A stretch of 64,000 nucleotides of DNA from Candidatus Buchananbacteria bacterium (lineage in GTDB: Bacteria > Patescibacteriota > Patescibacteriia > 2-01-FULL-39-33): positions 23,116 through 87,115 of the forward strand of contig JBAYJM010000001.1 in NCBI GenBank assembly GCA_041665065.1. The letters run 5' to 3'. Shown here piece after piece: positions 8,860 to 18,718 of the stretch. The position numbers and the translations under genes are program-made. The notes under the pieces are model-generated. The model was given only the letters and a program-made list of their open reading frames with translations. It had not been told where the DNA came from and did no database searches. Position 1 is the first letter of the stretch, and every line of letters starts with the position of its first letter.

Positions 8860-9567
8860 TTATTTTTTCTGAAAAACCATTATTGCCATTCTAATCACGG
8901 ACTTTGTATTTGGAGAACGAGTTTCCAGCTCCTCTTTATGTATTATTTCAAAATCTTTAAATAATGTTTCCAATTCTTTTGTCTCAAAATGATGAGCTAT
9001 GCGAGCAATTTTATTTTTTTCAATCGCTTCCTCCATTTGCTTTTGAGTCTCAATAGAACTTGAAGAAGTGCCTTCATTAAAAACAAAAAAATTGTGTTTT
9101 TCATCTACAAACGGGCGCGAGAGTTCATATCTTTTATTATAATCCTCAGAAACCAAGCCCTCGTTTACCCATATTAAAGCGCCAGGCTTTAGAATACGAT
9201 TTAATTCTAAGACCAAAGCCTTTCTTTTTGATAATGGCATTATGTTTACTAACACAAAAGATATAATTATGGCATCAAAAGATTCATCGGCAAACGGCAG
9301 GATGTCCGTTATGTCACTAATTACATAATCAACTTGAGTCGGCTTTAGTTTATTTTGTGATATAGCTTCTTCATTTATATCAATTCCCGTAACTCTATAT
9401 CCTTGATCGGATAAATACTGTGCCATTTCGCCGGTTCCGCAGCCTAAATCCAAGATTGCAGATCCAGGCTCCAATCTTCTAATTAACTCATCGCCAGGAA
9501 ATGCGTTTCTGCCAATAATTGATTTAGCTGGAACAGTTTTCCAATATTGTGTATTTAAATCTTTCAT
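8860..9567 (-). CDS. Class I SAM-dependent methyltransferase
   Basis: ILDLGCGTG, GIDIN, LPFADESFD, RILKPG. Confidence 0.88.
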   Translation of the reverse strand: MKDLNTQYWKTVPAKSIIGRNAFPGDELIRRLEPGSAILDLGCGTGEMAQYLSDQGYRVTGIDINEEAISQNKLKPTQVDYVISDITDILPFADESFDAIIISFVLVNIMPLSKRKALVLELNRILKPGALIWVNEGLVSEDYNKRYELSRPFVDEKHNFFVFNEGTSSSSIETQKQMEEAIEKNKIARIAHHFETKELETLFKDFEIIHKEELETRSPNTKSVIRMAIMVFQKK

Positions 9568-9699
9568 TTGTTAATTTTATCAAAGATGCTCCAGTTAGTC
9601 ATATTAATGCTAAAAGATACGGCATTGACAAAGCTAGAATAATATATTATAATGCACAATTGTACATAGTGATTGGTGTAACTAACAAAGGGGGTGCAT

Positions 9700-9954
9700 A
9701 TGCCCATTGTGCCGATAAAGAGAGGAATCCCACAGAGTGTGAAGGGACGAATGGAATTTGTCCTTGATCGCTTAAGATGGATCGGCTGGTCCGTGAATGT
9801 TATCGGACTAGTTCGAAACATCGGGTGGGATACAAAGCTGCCCTATATGGAGCTTGAGCCGATTGTCAAAGTGGCTCTCAAAGGACTTTGTAGGGCGGGT
9901 TTTATCGAGGTGGTAAAAAACGATCATCGGCTGATCGTTCCTGCCAAGTCGTAA
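9700..9954 (+). CDS. Small hypothetical protein, possibly wHTH
   Basis: Consensus promoter TTGACA-N17-TATAAT (9625-9653), SD AAGGGGG, ALKGLCRAGFIEV wing-like motif. Confidence 0.6.
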   Translation: MPIVPIKRGIPQSVKGRMEFVLDRLRWIGWSVNVIGLVRNIGWDTKLPYMELEPIVKVALKGLCRAGFIEVVKNDHRLIVPAKS

Positions 9955-10018
9955 CAAAAGCGTCGAGAGAAGATCTTGGCGCTGTTTTATTTTAAATATT
10001 TTTTTGTTGGATAATAGT

Positions 10019-11764
10019 TTAAATTACTACTCCCATCTGTTCTCGCCAAAGCGCAGAATAAAGTCCGCCTAGGTTTTTCAGCTCATCATTTTTTCCAACT
10101 TCAATTATTTTCCCTTTTTCCAAAACATAAATTTTATCGGCATGGGAAATCGTTGATAGGCGATGGGCGACTAGGATAGTTATCATTTTTGAAGAAGCTT
10201 TATCCAAGCTTTTTATTGTATCTGAAATTTCTTTTTCAGTGATAGAATCCAAACTGCTGGTTGCTTCATCAAAAATTAGAAGTGAAGGCTTGCGCAGGAG
10301 CGCTCTGGCGATTGCCAGTCTTTGGCGTTCACCGCCGGAAAGTTTCAGGCCTCCTTCGCCGATAATTGTATCAAGTCCTTTTCCGCCTCGTTGCATAATC
10401 TGAGAAACAGAGGCCGCCTCAAGCGCTTCAAGACAATCTCCATCACTTGCGCTTGGTTTGGCAAAAAGCAAGTTATCTCTAATTGATCCAGCAAATAACT
10501 GAGTTTCTTGGGAGACTAATCCGATTTTGTTCCGAAGATCATTATAATCAATTTTTTTAGAATCAATGCCATTAAAAGTCAGCTTTCCAGCTTGAGGTTG
10601 ATATAATCCGAGGATAAGTTTTACCAAAGTCGTTTTGCCGGATCCTGATGGTCCGACAAAAGCAACTGTTTCTCCTGGTGTTATTTTTAGAGAAGCTTCC
10701 TTTATGCTTGCCTCATTGCCTGATACATAAGTGAAGGTAATATTTTCAAAATCAATATTTAAATCATCGTCTAGTTTAATGGGATTTGTTGGCTTAGCCT
10801 GCGAAGGCATCTTTAGGATAGTATCTAATTGCTCCATGCTAGCTTTGGCCTCTTGGTATTGCGAAGATAATGCGCCCAATTCTCCGAGCGGTCCGAAAAT
10901 AAAAAATAGATAAAAGAAGAGGCTGAAAAATTCACCGAGCGTAATGCTTCTAGTATAAATAAGCCAAAGCATCAAAAGCATTATTAGCGCGCGCGAGGCA
11001 TTTATGGCTGTGCCTTGGATAAAACTCAAAGTCCTGACCAATCGTATTTTGCGCAGTTCTAATTTTAAAATATCATTATTTACTTCATTTAATCTTTTAA
11101 TTTCTTGGTTTTCGAGTCCAAGACTTTTAACCAACTCAACATTGCGAAGTGTTTCTGTTGTTGATCCTGCCAAGGCGGTCATTTGGGCGTTGATGTTTTT
11201 TTGAGCTTGCTTTACTTTTCCGCTAATAAAAAATATCGCCGCTCCAAGTGTCGGGGTTAAAATTAAAAAAGCCAAACCAATGGTCCAATTGACCCAGGAA
11301 GCGTATATTAGTACGAACAGTAATCCGACAATTGATAGAAATAAACTGCCGATCATGCCGGCAATCAAAGTCTGGCTGTCTAGCCTTGCCTTTTGCAGTT
11401 TTTGTAGAATCTCGCCGGATTTTTGATCTTCAAAATTTTGATAAGGCAAAGAAAAGGCATGAGCCACGCTATCGGCATAAAGTTTGGTCCCCAGTCTTTG
11501 GGTTATGACGTTTACATAGTAATCCTGGAAGTTTTTGGCGATTCTGGAAACTAGCGCCACGCCGACTGATAAGGCTAGTAAAAATAAAACCCCGCTAATA
11601 AAATCATTCCTTGAAAGAGTAAAGGCCTTATTGATATAGTTATCAACTATCAGTCTAAAAACCTGCGGATCAAGCAGAGAAAAAATCTGATTAATGGTGG
11701 CCAAAATCAAAGCAAAAATCAGCAGTGATTTATAGTTATTTAAATATTTCCAAATTAATTTCAT
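10019..11764 (-). CDS. ABC exporter, fused permease/ATPase (MsbA/MdlB-like)
   Basis: Six-TM N-terminal half; GPSGSGKT, LSGGERQR, DEATS, AHRL. Confidence 0.93.
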   Translation of the reverse strand: MKLIWKYLNNYKSLLIFALILATINQIFSLLDPQVFRLIVDNYINKAFTLSRNDFISGVLFLLALSVGVALVSRIAKNFQDYYVNVITQRLGTKLYADSVAHAFSLPYQNFEDQKSGEILQKLQKARLDSQTLIAGMIGSLFLSIVGLLFVLIYASWVNWTIGLAFLILTPTLGAAIFFISGKVKQAQKNINAQMTALAGSTTETLRNVELVKSLGLENQEIKRLNEVNNDILKLELRKIRLVRTLSFIQGTAINASRALIMLLMLWLIYTRSITLGEFFSLFFYLFFIFGPLGELGALSSQYQEAKASMEQLDTILKMPSQAKPTNPIKLDDDLNIDFENITFTYVSGNEASIKEASLKITPGETVAFVGPSGSGKTTLVKLILGLYQPQAGKLTFNGIDSKKIDYNDLRNKIGLVSQETQLFAGSIRDNLLFAKPSASDGDCLEALEAASVSQIMQRGGKGLDTIIGEGGLKLSGGERQRLAIARALLRKPSLLIFDEATSSLDSITEKEISDTIKSLDKASSKMITILVAHRLSTISHADKIYVLEKGKIIEVGKNDELKNLGGLYSALWREQMGVVI

Positions 11765-11914
11765 ATAATAACATTTTAACATTAATTAGCCAGTTTATCA
11801 TTGATAGAATAGAAGGTCAATATATTTATATTTACACATATTAAAAATAGTATTATAATTAAATTAGCAAAATTAAATGGTGGATTAATATAAATATAAA
11901 TTTTTAAATTTAAT

Positions 11915-12922
11915 ATGGCAAATTCAACAAAGCTTTATCCGACAAAGGTGAAGACAAAAAGCACATTGGCTGTAATTATTATTGCAGTTGCCGTTATTGC
12001 AGGTGTTTTTTTTGGATGGTCTTCTTTTAATGGAATTACTTATTTAGTAAGTAGTGGGTCAAGGACAAGCTTGATAAATAAATGTCCACTTTATCATTCT
12101 GCTGATGTAAATAAAAATTATATTATTGAATCAGAAGAAATAAATTATGTAAATAAATTGAGAGAGTCAAAAAATTATCATTGTGATAAGACTGCTTATT
12201 CAGGATATGCTGTTGGTTATGGTAATAAAAATTGTAAGAAGCATAGTTCAGACTACAGAGAAGATCCTGAAAGCCTATCAATTATTGGTGATTGGAAAAT
12301 AAACTTAAGTGAATTTTTAAGATTAGTGCAATTTTATAATGCCGGTGGATATAAGGTTGATTGTAAGGGTGAAGATGGTTTTGCGCCGTCAGCAAATTCT
12401 GTTGTTTATCATTCCGCTGATGTAAATAAAAATTATATTATTGACAAGAATGAAATGGATTACGTTCTTAAGCTACAAGCTTCAAAGTCATATCATTGTG
12501 ATTCAAAAGCTTTTTCTGGTTATGCTACTGGAACCGGTTCGAAAGTTTGTAAGCCACATAATTCGGATTACTTAATTAAACCGGAAAGCGAACGAATTAA
12601 AGGAAGTGATTGGATTATAAGTATGAGTGAACTCCTAAGATTGGTTCAATTTGTAAATACCGGCGGTTATAAGTTTGTGGGATTTGAAAATAGTGAAGAT
12701 GGTTTTGAGCCAAGCGCACCATGCATTGGAGAGGGCCAAGCCATTATTTTAAGTGGTGCTGGAAGCCAAAATTGCTGTGCTGGATTAAAGTTATTGCCAC
12801 CAAAAAATACTTCTGAAGGTACTGCTGGTATATGTACGGCAAAATGTGGAGATAAAGTATGTGATAGTAATTTAGAATCTTGCACAAATTGCATAGCAGA
12901 TTGTCCAAATTGTAAAATTTAA
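11915..12922 (+). CDS. Membrane-anchored surface protein with duplicated dockerin/EF-hand-like module and Cys-rich tail
   Basis: TM anchor; two copies of HSADVNKNYII..YHCD..DW.I..SE.LRLVQF.N.GGYK..EDGF.PS; C-terminal CGDKVC..E.C..C..DC. Confidence 0.75.
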   Translation: MANSTKLYPTKVKTKSTLAVIIIAVAVIAGVFFGWSSFNGITYLVSSGSRTSLINKCPLYHSADVNKNYIIESEEINYVNKLRESKNYHCDKTAYSGYAVGYGNKNCKKHSSDYREDPESLSIIGDWKINLSEFLRLVQFYNAGGYKVDCKGEDGFAPSANSVVYHSADVNKNYIIDKNEMDYVLKLQASKSYHCDSKAFSGYATGTGSKVCKPHNSDYLIKPESERIKGSDWIISMSELLRLVQFVNTGGYKFVGFENSEDGFEPSAPCIGEGQAIILSGAGSQNCCAGLKLLPPKNTSEGTAGICTAKCGDKVCDSNLESCTNCIADCPNCKI

Positions 12923-13117
12923 CTAAATACTTTTTGAATTTTAAACTAGCTAAAACATCCGCTTACATGCGGATGTTTTTATTAGCTAATTTAAATATGG
13001 GTTATAGTGGACGCTTTTATGATGTTGAAGTAGTCCTGGTCAAGGTTAGTTTTTAAACAAAAAAAATTGCCGAAACGCGTGTGAGTGCACGTTTCGGCGA
13101 GGGTTGGTGAGCAAATC

Positions 13118-13843
13118 TTAGGCCGATTGCCTATCCATGATTTGAATCAGCGCGTGACCCTTGGGGTCAACGCGTTTGATGACAAGGATCTTGGGACCCG
13201 CAGGGAGAATATTCCAGTACGTTTCCGCGATCTCTCGGTGGTCGCCAATGACGGGTACGAGAAGCGGGCCTCGAAACGAGTGAGTCTGGCCGGTGTCCTT
13301 TGTGCTTGTCGTGACACAGTAGCCAAAGCCGGACTCCATGTTGGGATATTGTTCTTTGCGTCTGTGGCCGTCATCGGTCTCCGTAGTTACGGAAATACCG
13401 GCATGAGGGGCCTCACCATTAAAGAAGCAGTAAGCGCTTACGCGTGGCGCATCGACCAATCCAAATCTGCGTTGATTGGAGTCTGCCTCACCAAATGCGG
13501 CATCGACAAATGTCGCATCGATGGGCGTGCCTCCTTGAAGTTTGGCGTAGTATGCAGCCCTGAGATGGTCTATGACGCTTTCGGTTTGGCCATTCGTCAC
13601 CACGTGGGTGTGGTAGTAACCGGCCATGGCGAGATAAGAAACGGGGCAGGGAATTCCTGGATTAATGGGAACAACCCGCACACTTCCATCGCAATCGTCA
13701 ATGGCAAAGGTGCAATTTGAATCTCCCATAATCCAGGCGACTTGATACAATACTTCACGGAAGAACGCCACCACTATCCCGTTGCTGGGGCTTTCACAAA
13801 GTGAAACAAAATTGTCTTGGGCCTCAACTCTTTCGGCGCTCAT
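13118..13843 (-). CDS. Divergent IMP cyclohydrolase-like (PurO/Ntn-fold) protein
   Basis: Order of motifs WIMG, VVTNGQTESV, PRVS, G.GYCVTT, SFRG.P and W..L follows the family as recalled; SD AGGGGG. Confidence 0.6.
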   Translation of the reverse strand: MSAERVEAQDNFVSLCESPSNGIVVAFFREVLYQVAWIMGDSNCTFAIDDCDGSVRVVPINPGIPCPVSYLAMAGYYHTHVVTNGQTESVIDHLRAAYYAKLQGGTPIDATFVDAAFGEADSNQRRFGLVDAPRVSAYCFFNGEAPHAGISVTTETDDGHRRKEQYPNMESGFGYCVTTSTKDTGQTHSFRGPLLVPVIGDHREIAETYWNILPAGPKILVIKRVDPKGHALIQIMDRQSA

Positions 13844-14044
13844 GATTATGAGATTCCCCCTAGTGTAAATTGTTTGATGAAGCCAAGATACGCTCTTGCT
13901 TCTTTGTTAAGTGTGTTTTATTTTTTAATTTTTGTCAATTATAATTTTTATCTAATTTTATTGTTATTTTTAGGTGGAGATAGGATTATTATTTAAATAA
14001 AATAAAAAAACCGCCAAGTCATAGCCGTGCTATGTGGCGGGTTA

Positions 14045-14440
14045 TTAGGTGTGTACAGGTTTGCGCTTCGTCTCTCTTATTTCGGTAATTACCCCTGCTT
14101 GCTCCAGGGCTATAATATAGTCATTGAGCCGTTTGTCGCTACCATAGATCCGAAAGAGCAGACGGTCGTGATAGCCAACTTCAAGACATAGATTGTTTTG
14201 GAAAACTGATGTTAAGCCAGCGCCTGCAAATTCTCCATGGTCTATTCCGAAAACCAGGATCGCTTCCTTCCACCTAGTATAGTCTGACCACAGATTTACT
14301 AAGGTTCTTACCAGGGCAACCCGATCCTCAAGTGTAGGCGCTTCAAATAGCGCGGCGTTAATCCGATCGATCGGATCAACCGGTTTTTCGGCTCTCCCAA
14401 CAAGGAGGGCAGAAATGAAATCCAGTACAGTGTGTGACAT
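14045..14440 (-). CDS. Hypothetical protein (131 aa)
   Basis: SD AGGAGG; promoter TTGAAA-N17-TAAATT (14519-14491); downstream terminator hairpin. Confidence 0.65.
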   Translation of the reverse strand: MSHTVLDFISALLVGRAEKPVDPIDRINAALFEAPTLEDRVALVRTLVNLWSDYTRWKEAILVFGIDHGEFAGAGLTSVFQNNLCLEVGYHDRLLFRIYGSDKRLNDYIIALEQAGVITEIRETKRKPVHT

Positions 14441-14581
14441 TTGGACTCCCTCCTTTGGGTTTTTGGCCTTTGAAATTAGTACGCAGGGTTAATTTAACAG
14501 ATATGAGAGCTATTTTCAAGTAGAGCCTAAACTTCATGATTTCTATAGCCTTCATTGATTATAATCATTTCTGGTGGTATT

Positions 14582-15148
14582 ATGACAGATATGTCAGAAA
14601 TTAATGATTATGAATTAATAGGCAAATATTTGAAAGGCGATGAAAAATCGCTAGAATTGCTGATCCAAAAATATCTCAAGCCGATATATTATTTTGTTTA
14701 TGGCTATATAAAAAATGACAAAGAAGCTGAGGATATTACTCAGGAAGTTTTTGTCCGCGCTTGGAAAAAGTTGAAACAATTCAAAAAAGAGAACAATTTT
14801 AATTCGTGGATTTTTGCCATAGCCAAAAATGCGTCAATTGACTTTTTGCGGAAAAGGAAAGATATTCCAATCTCAGCATTTGATAATGATGGCGGAAATG
14901 CCCTAATTGACAATTTATGTGATTTAAATCCAGCGACCGATAAGTTGATGGAAAATTATAGCGATCAAAAAAGCATAGGCGAGGCAGTTGAGATGCTGGC
15001 GCCTGATTACCAAACCGTTTTTAAAATGCATTATGAAAAGCAGTTGAATTTTAGAGAAATTGCTGAGATTTTAGGCGATTCAATAAATACCATAAAAAGT
15101 CGGCATAGAAGGGCTGTTTTGATTTTAAAAAATATTCTTAGTATTTAG
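14582..15148 (+). CDS. ECF-type RNA polymerase sigma factor
   Basis: AEDITQEVFVRAW, F.SWIFAIAKN..IDFLRK, EIAEILG.SINTIKSR. Confidence 0.92.
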   Translation: MTDMSEINDYELIGKYLKGDEKSLELLIQKYLKPIYYFVYGYIKNDKEAEDITQEVFVRAWKKLKQFKKENNFNSWIFAIAKNASIDFLRKRKDIPISAFDNDGGNALIDNLCDLNPATDKLMENYSDQKSIGEAVEMLAPDYQTVFKMHYEKQLNFREIAEILGDSINTIKSRHRRAVLILKNILSI

Positions 15149-15162
15149 TAAATTTAGCTATT

Positions 15163-15196
15163 TACAAACACTTCACACGTGTGTGAAGTGTTTGTA
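15163..15196. repeat. Perfect 16-bp inverted repeat with a 2-nt spacer
   Basis: TACAAACACTTCACAC-GT-GTGTGAAGTGTTTGTA. Confidence 0.9.
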
Positions 15197-15216
15197 GAAT
15201 TAACTCCAAAAAGAGG

Positions 15217-15243
15217 TGCACCAAAAGGCGCCTCTTTTTCGTA
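15217..15243 (+). promoter_or_regulatory. Putative ECF-sigma promoter
   Basis: TGCACC-N17-CGTA, similar to the SigW/SigM TGAAAC..CGTA/CGTC consensus, 8 nt before the ATG at 15252. Confidence 0.5.
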
Positions 15244-15251
15244 TTAGTAAT

Positions 15252-15656
15252 ATGGAAACACATGACAACAATTTAAATTTTATGGCTCCGGAACCATCCG
15301 ACGGGCTTTTTTATAAGATTATCAATAGAATTGAGGAAGAGAAAAAGTTGCGAAAGATTAGAAAAAAAATCATCTACTCTTCATTGCTTTTCTCATGCTC
15401 GCTTATTGCTGTCGTGCCGGCAATAATATCATTATGGACTAATCTGGATAGTTCGGGATTTAATAGTTTTGCCTCTTTGTTATTTAGCGATAGCGGAATG
15501 ATTTTTGTCTATTGGCAAAGCTTCTCGCTGGCATTATTGGAAACGCTCCCGGTCATTAATTTAATTTTGGTTCTCGCGGTTGCCATGGGAATTCTGACAT
15601 CGCTTAGATTTTTATTTAAAAATATTAAAAAAATTAACTCACTTAAGTTTGCATAA
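15252..15656 (+). CDS. Membrane protein, putative anti-sigma factor
   Basis: Follows the ECF sigma gene; short cytoplasmic N-terminus plus 2-3 TM helices. Confidence 0.6.
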   Translation: METHDNNLNFMAPEPSDGLFYKIINRIEEEKKLRKIRKKIIYSSLLFSCSLIAVVPAIISLWTNLDSSGFNSFASLLFSDSGMIFVYWQSFSLALLETLPVINLILVLAVAMGILTSLRFLFKNIKKINSLKFA

Positions 15657-15658
15657 GT

Positions 15659-16156
15659 ATGGATTCAAAATTTTTACAATCAAACGGCTTTAAATTAGGA
15701 CTTTGGATAATTGGAATTATCATATTGGTCGCGATTGCCTTTGTCGGGGGCATGTATGTCGGATTTGAAAAGGCAAGTTTTTCGTATCAATGGGGAGAAA
15801 ATTATCATCGGAATTTTGCCGGCCCTAAAGACGGTTTTGGCCGTGAATTTATGGGACGAGATTTTATGGAAGCACACGGAATATTCGGGCAGATTATAAA
15901 AATAGATGGCAATACAATAATTGTAAAAGGAAATGATAATACCGAAAAAAGCATATTGGTAAGCGACAAGACCGTAATTAACAGATTTAAAGATAAAATT
16001 AAAATAGGGGACTTAAAAACTGATGACGGCATTGTGGTAATAGGAGATCCAAACGGTTCCGGCCAGATTGAGGCCAAGCTTATTAGGGTAATGCCGGCTT
16101 TTCCCGGACCGACACCCTCATCTTCAATGCCTTTGCCTCCTCCGCCCTTGCGATAA
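15659..16156 (+). CDS. Membrane-anchored DUF5666-like OB-fold protein
   Basis: TM helix then G.IIKIDG..DLK..V.G..G.IEAK; paralogous to 19960-20427. Confidence 0.65.
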   Translation: MDSKFLQSNGFKLGLWIIGIIILVAIAFVGGMYVGFEKASFSYQWGENYHRNFAGPKDGFGREFMGRDFMEAHGIFGQIIKIDGNTIIVKGNDNTEKSILVSDKTVINRFKDKIKIGDLKTDDGIVVIGDPNGSGQIEAKLIRVMPAFPGPTPSSSMPLPPPPLR

Positions 16157-16171
16157 ATAATCTAAATAAAT

Positions 16172-18013
16172 ATGTTTCAAAAGATTCTGAAGTTTTTCCC
16201 CCGCCATAAATTTGTTACTGCTCTGGTAATAATTATTATTGTGGCAATAGCCGGTTTTGCCATTCATTCAATGGGGGGCGGTGCCGGACAAACCGTCTAT
16301 GTCTTATCAACCGTAGAAAGGGGAACCATCGTTTCATCAATTTCTGGAAGCGGGCAGGTATCAGCTTCAAATCAAATTGATATTACATCAAAAGCGGCCA
16401 GCACTATTACCGATTTAAAAGTCCAAAAAGGCCAAGAAGTAAAAGAAGGCGACATTTTAGTTTCGCTTGACGCCAAGGACGCCGTCTCTTCTGTGCGTGA
16501 TGCTCAGATTAGTTTGGATAATGCCAATCTTTCATTACAAAAGTTAAAAAATGGATCGACTGAATCGGAAATAACCGCGTCAAAACTCCAGCTTGATTCT
16601 GCACAAAAAAATTATGATCAGGCAAAGGGTGATTTAGAAGTTGCTAAGACTAAGGCTGATACTGATTTAAATAATACTTATGATGACGCTAAGAGCGCAT
16701 TGCAAAGCGTTTATAGCAGTCTTGATGATAGTTTAAACAGGCAGTTGGATGGTATTTTTATTAATAATAATACTGATAATGCAAAGCTGTCGTTTTTAAC
16801 CGCTGATTCATCGGCTGAATACGATACTTACAATTTGAAAATTAAAGCCAAAAATCTATTATCTGAGATGAAAGATTTTTTACAGAATTATCCTTCCGAT
16901 CATTTGACAATAGATAATAAGCTGTCAGAATTTTCTAGCGATTTGACCATGATGCAAAATTTCTTTTCGCGTTTAAGCGATGCAGTCAATGGAGCGATTG
17001 TAACAAATAGCGTATCGCAATCCACAATCAGTGGCTATAAGAGCACGGTTGCTTCGTTAAAATCAACTGGCAATTCTTCAGTAAACAGCATTAATACTCA
17101 AATAAGAAATATTGCCAATCAAAAAACCACTAATGTAAATAATATCAGATCGGCTGAAAATAAAATTGCTGATGCCTCCACCTCGCTTACAAAAGCCGGC
17201 AATGATTTAAAAGATCTCCAAGTCGGTTCAGATCCGCTTGATATCAGGGCGCAAGAGTTGCAAGTCGCCAAGGCTCAGATAAATCTTTCAAATGCCCAAG
17301 AAAAATTAGCAGATTATACAATCAAAGCTTCGTTTGATGGAGTGATTGCTGAGGTTCCAATAAAGAAAGGCGATAATGTTACGGCCAACGGCGCTATTTT
17401 AAGCCTGATAACAAAACAACAAATTGCAGAAATCTCACTTAACGAAGTTGATGCCGCGTCGGTTAAAGTCGGCCAATTGGTGACACTTACTCTTGATGCG
17501 ATTGAGGGCCTGAGCATAACCGGTAAAGTTGCTGATGTGGATTCGCTGGGAACCGTTAGTCAGGGCGTTGTTTCTTATAATACTAAAGTCACTTTTGATA
17601 CCCAAGATAGCAGAGTTAAGCCGGGCATGAGCATTTCAGCTTCAATAATTACCAATACAAGTCAGAATGTTTTGACAGTTCCAAATAGCGCCATCAAAAA
17701 TTCCAATGGCAGTACTTATGTCGAGGTTCTTGATGAATCAGGATTGACAACAGTTGCTACCGGGGTAACTTCTAAAACAGCTCCAAGGCAACAGCAAGTA
17801 GTCGTCGGCTTGTCAGACGATAGTTATACGGAGATAGTATCCGGATTGGATGAGGGTGCAAAAGTAGTTTCCAAAACAATTGCCGCTACTGCCTCCAAGT
17901 CAAATTCCTCTGCTCCAAGCCTGCTTCAAAATTTGGGCGGTTCAAACAGGGCCGGATCGGCTGGAGCAAGTACTGGCAACAGAACCTTTCAGGGTGGTGG
18001 GCCTGGAATGTAA
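16172..18013 (+). CDS. Efflux periplasmic adaptor (HlyD/MacA-like) with long coiled coil
   Basis: TM, lipoyl halves (V.KGQ.VK.GD; IKA.FDG), EVD...VKVGQ, KPGMS, VPNSAI. Confidence 0.88.
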   Translation: MFQKILKFFPRHKFVTALVIIIIVAIAGFAIHSMGGGAGQTVYVLSTVERGTIVSSISGSGQVSASNQIDITSKAASTITDLKVQKGQEVKEGDILVSLDAKDAVSSVRDAQISLDNANLSLQKLKNGSTESEITASKLQLDSAQKNYDQAKGDLEVAKTKADTDLNNTYDDAKSALQSVYSSLDDSLNRQLDGIFINNNTDNAKLSFLTADSSAEYDTYNLKIKAKNLLSEMKDFLQNYPSDHLTIDNKLSEFSSDLTMMQNFFSRLSDAVNGAIVTNSVSQSTISGYKSTVASLKSTGNSSVNSINTQIRNIANQKTTNVNNIRSAENKIADASTSLTKAGNDLKDLQVGSDPLDIRAQELQVAKAQINLSNAQEKLADYTIKASFDGVIAEVPIKKGDNVTANGAILSLITKQQIAEISLNEVDAASVKVGQLVTLTLDAIEGLSITGKVADVDSLGTVSQGVVSYNTKVTFDTQDSRVKPGMSISASIITNTSQNVLTVPNSAIKNSNGSTYVEVLDESGLTTVATGVTSKTAPRQQQVVVGLSDDSYTEIVSGLDEGAKVVSKTIAATASKSNSSAPSLLQNLGGSNRAGSAGASTGNRTFQGGGPGM

Positions 18014-18017
18014 AAAT

Positions 18018-18716
18018 ATGATTGAAATAAAAAACATAACAAAAATTTATAATACCGGCGGATCTGATTTATATGCATTAAATAATGTCAGCTTTAAAAT
18101 TGAAGATGGCGAATTTGTGGCGATAATGGGGCCGTCCGGTTCTGGTAAATCCACTTTAATGCACATATTGGGAGCGCTGGACACGCCGACATCGGGAAAA
18201 TATTTTTTGGATGATAAAGATGTCTCAACTTTGACAGACGATCAATTGGCCGACATAAGAAAATCAAAAATTGGATTTGTGTTTCAGGCCTTTAATCTTT
18301 TGCCGAGGGCGACTGTGCTTAGAAATGTGATGTTGCCATTAATTTATGAAGAAGTAAATCGTGATGAACGAGAGAGAAGAGCCAAGGAAGCGCTTAAGGC
18401 GGCAGGATTGGATCAGCAGCATTTTTTGCATTTATCAAATCAGCTTTCAGGCGGACAAATTCAGCGCGTTGCCATTGCGAGAGCTTTGGTTAATAATCCG
18501 TCTTTGATTTTGGCAGACGAACCGACGGGAAATTTAGACACGCAAACCGGAGAAATAGTTTTAGATACTTTTCAAAAGCTTAATGCCAAAGAGGGCAAAA
18601 CCATAATATTGATTACGCATGAAAAAGATGTTGCCGAGCATGCCGACAGGATTATTGTGATACGAGACGGCAAAATTTTAAGCGATGAAAAAAATAATAA
18701 AAAGAGAATAATATAA
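18018..18716 (+). CDS. ABC transporter ATP-binding protein (MacB/LolD-like)
   Basis: GPSGSGKST, LSGGQ.QRVAIARAL, DEPTGNLD. Confidence 0.93.
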   Translation: MIEIKNITKIYNTGGSDLYALNNVSFKIEDGEFVAIMGPSGSGKSTLMHILGALDTPTSGKYFLDDKDVSTLTDDQLADIRKSKIGFVFQAFNLLPRATVLRNVMLPLIYEEVNRDERERRAKEALKAAGLDQQHFLHLSNQLSGGQIQRVAIARALVNNPSLILADEPTGNLDTQTGEIVLDTFQKLNAKEGKTIILITHEKDVAEHADRIIVIRDGKILSDEKNNKKRII

Positions 18717-18718
18717 TT

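Noticed and set aside
13085-13720. 211-aa plus-strand ORF
   Set aside because: Shadow of the minus-strand gene, which has the SD and family similarity
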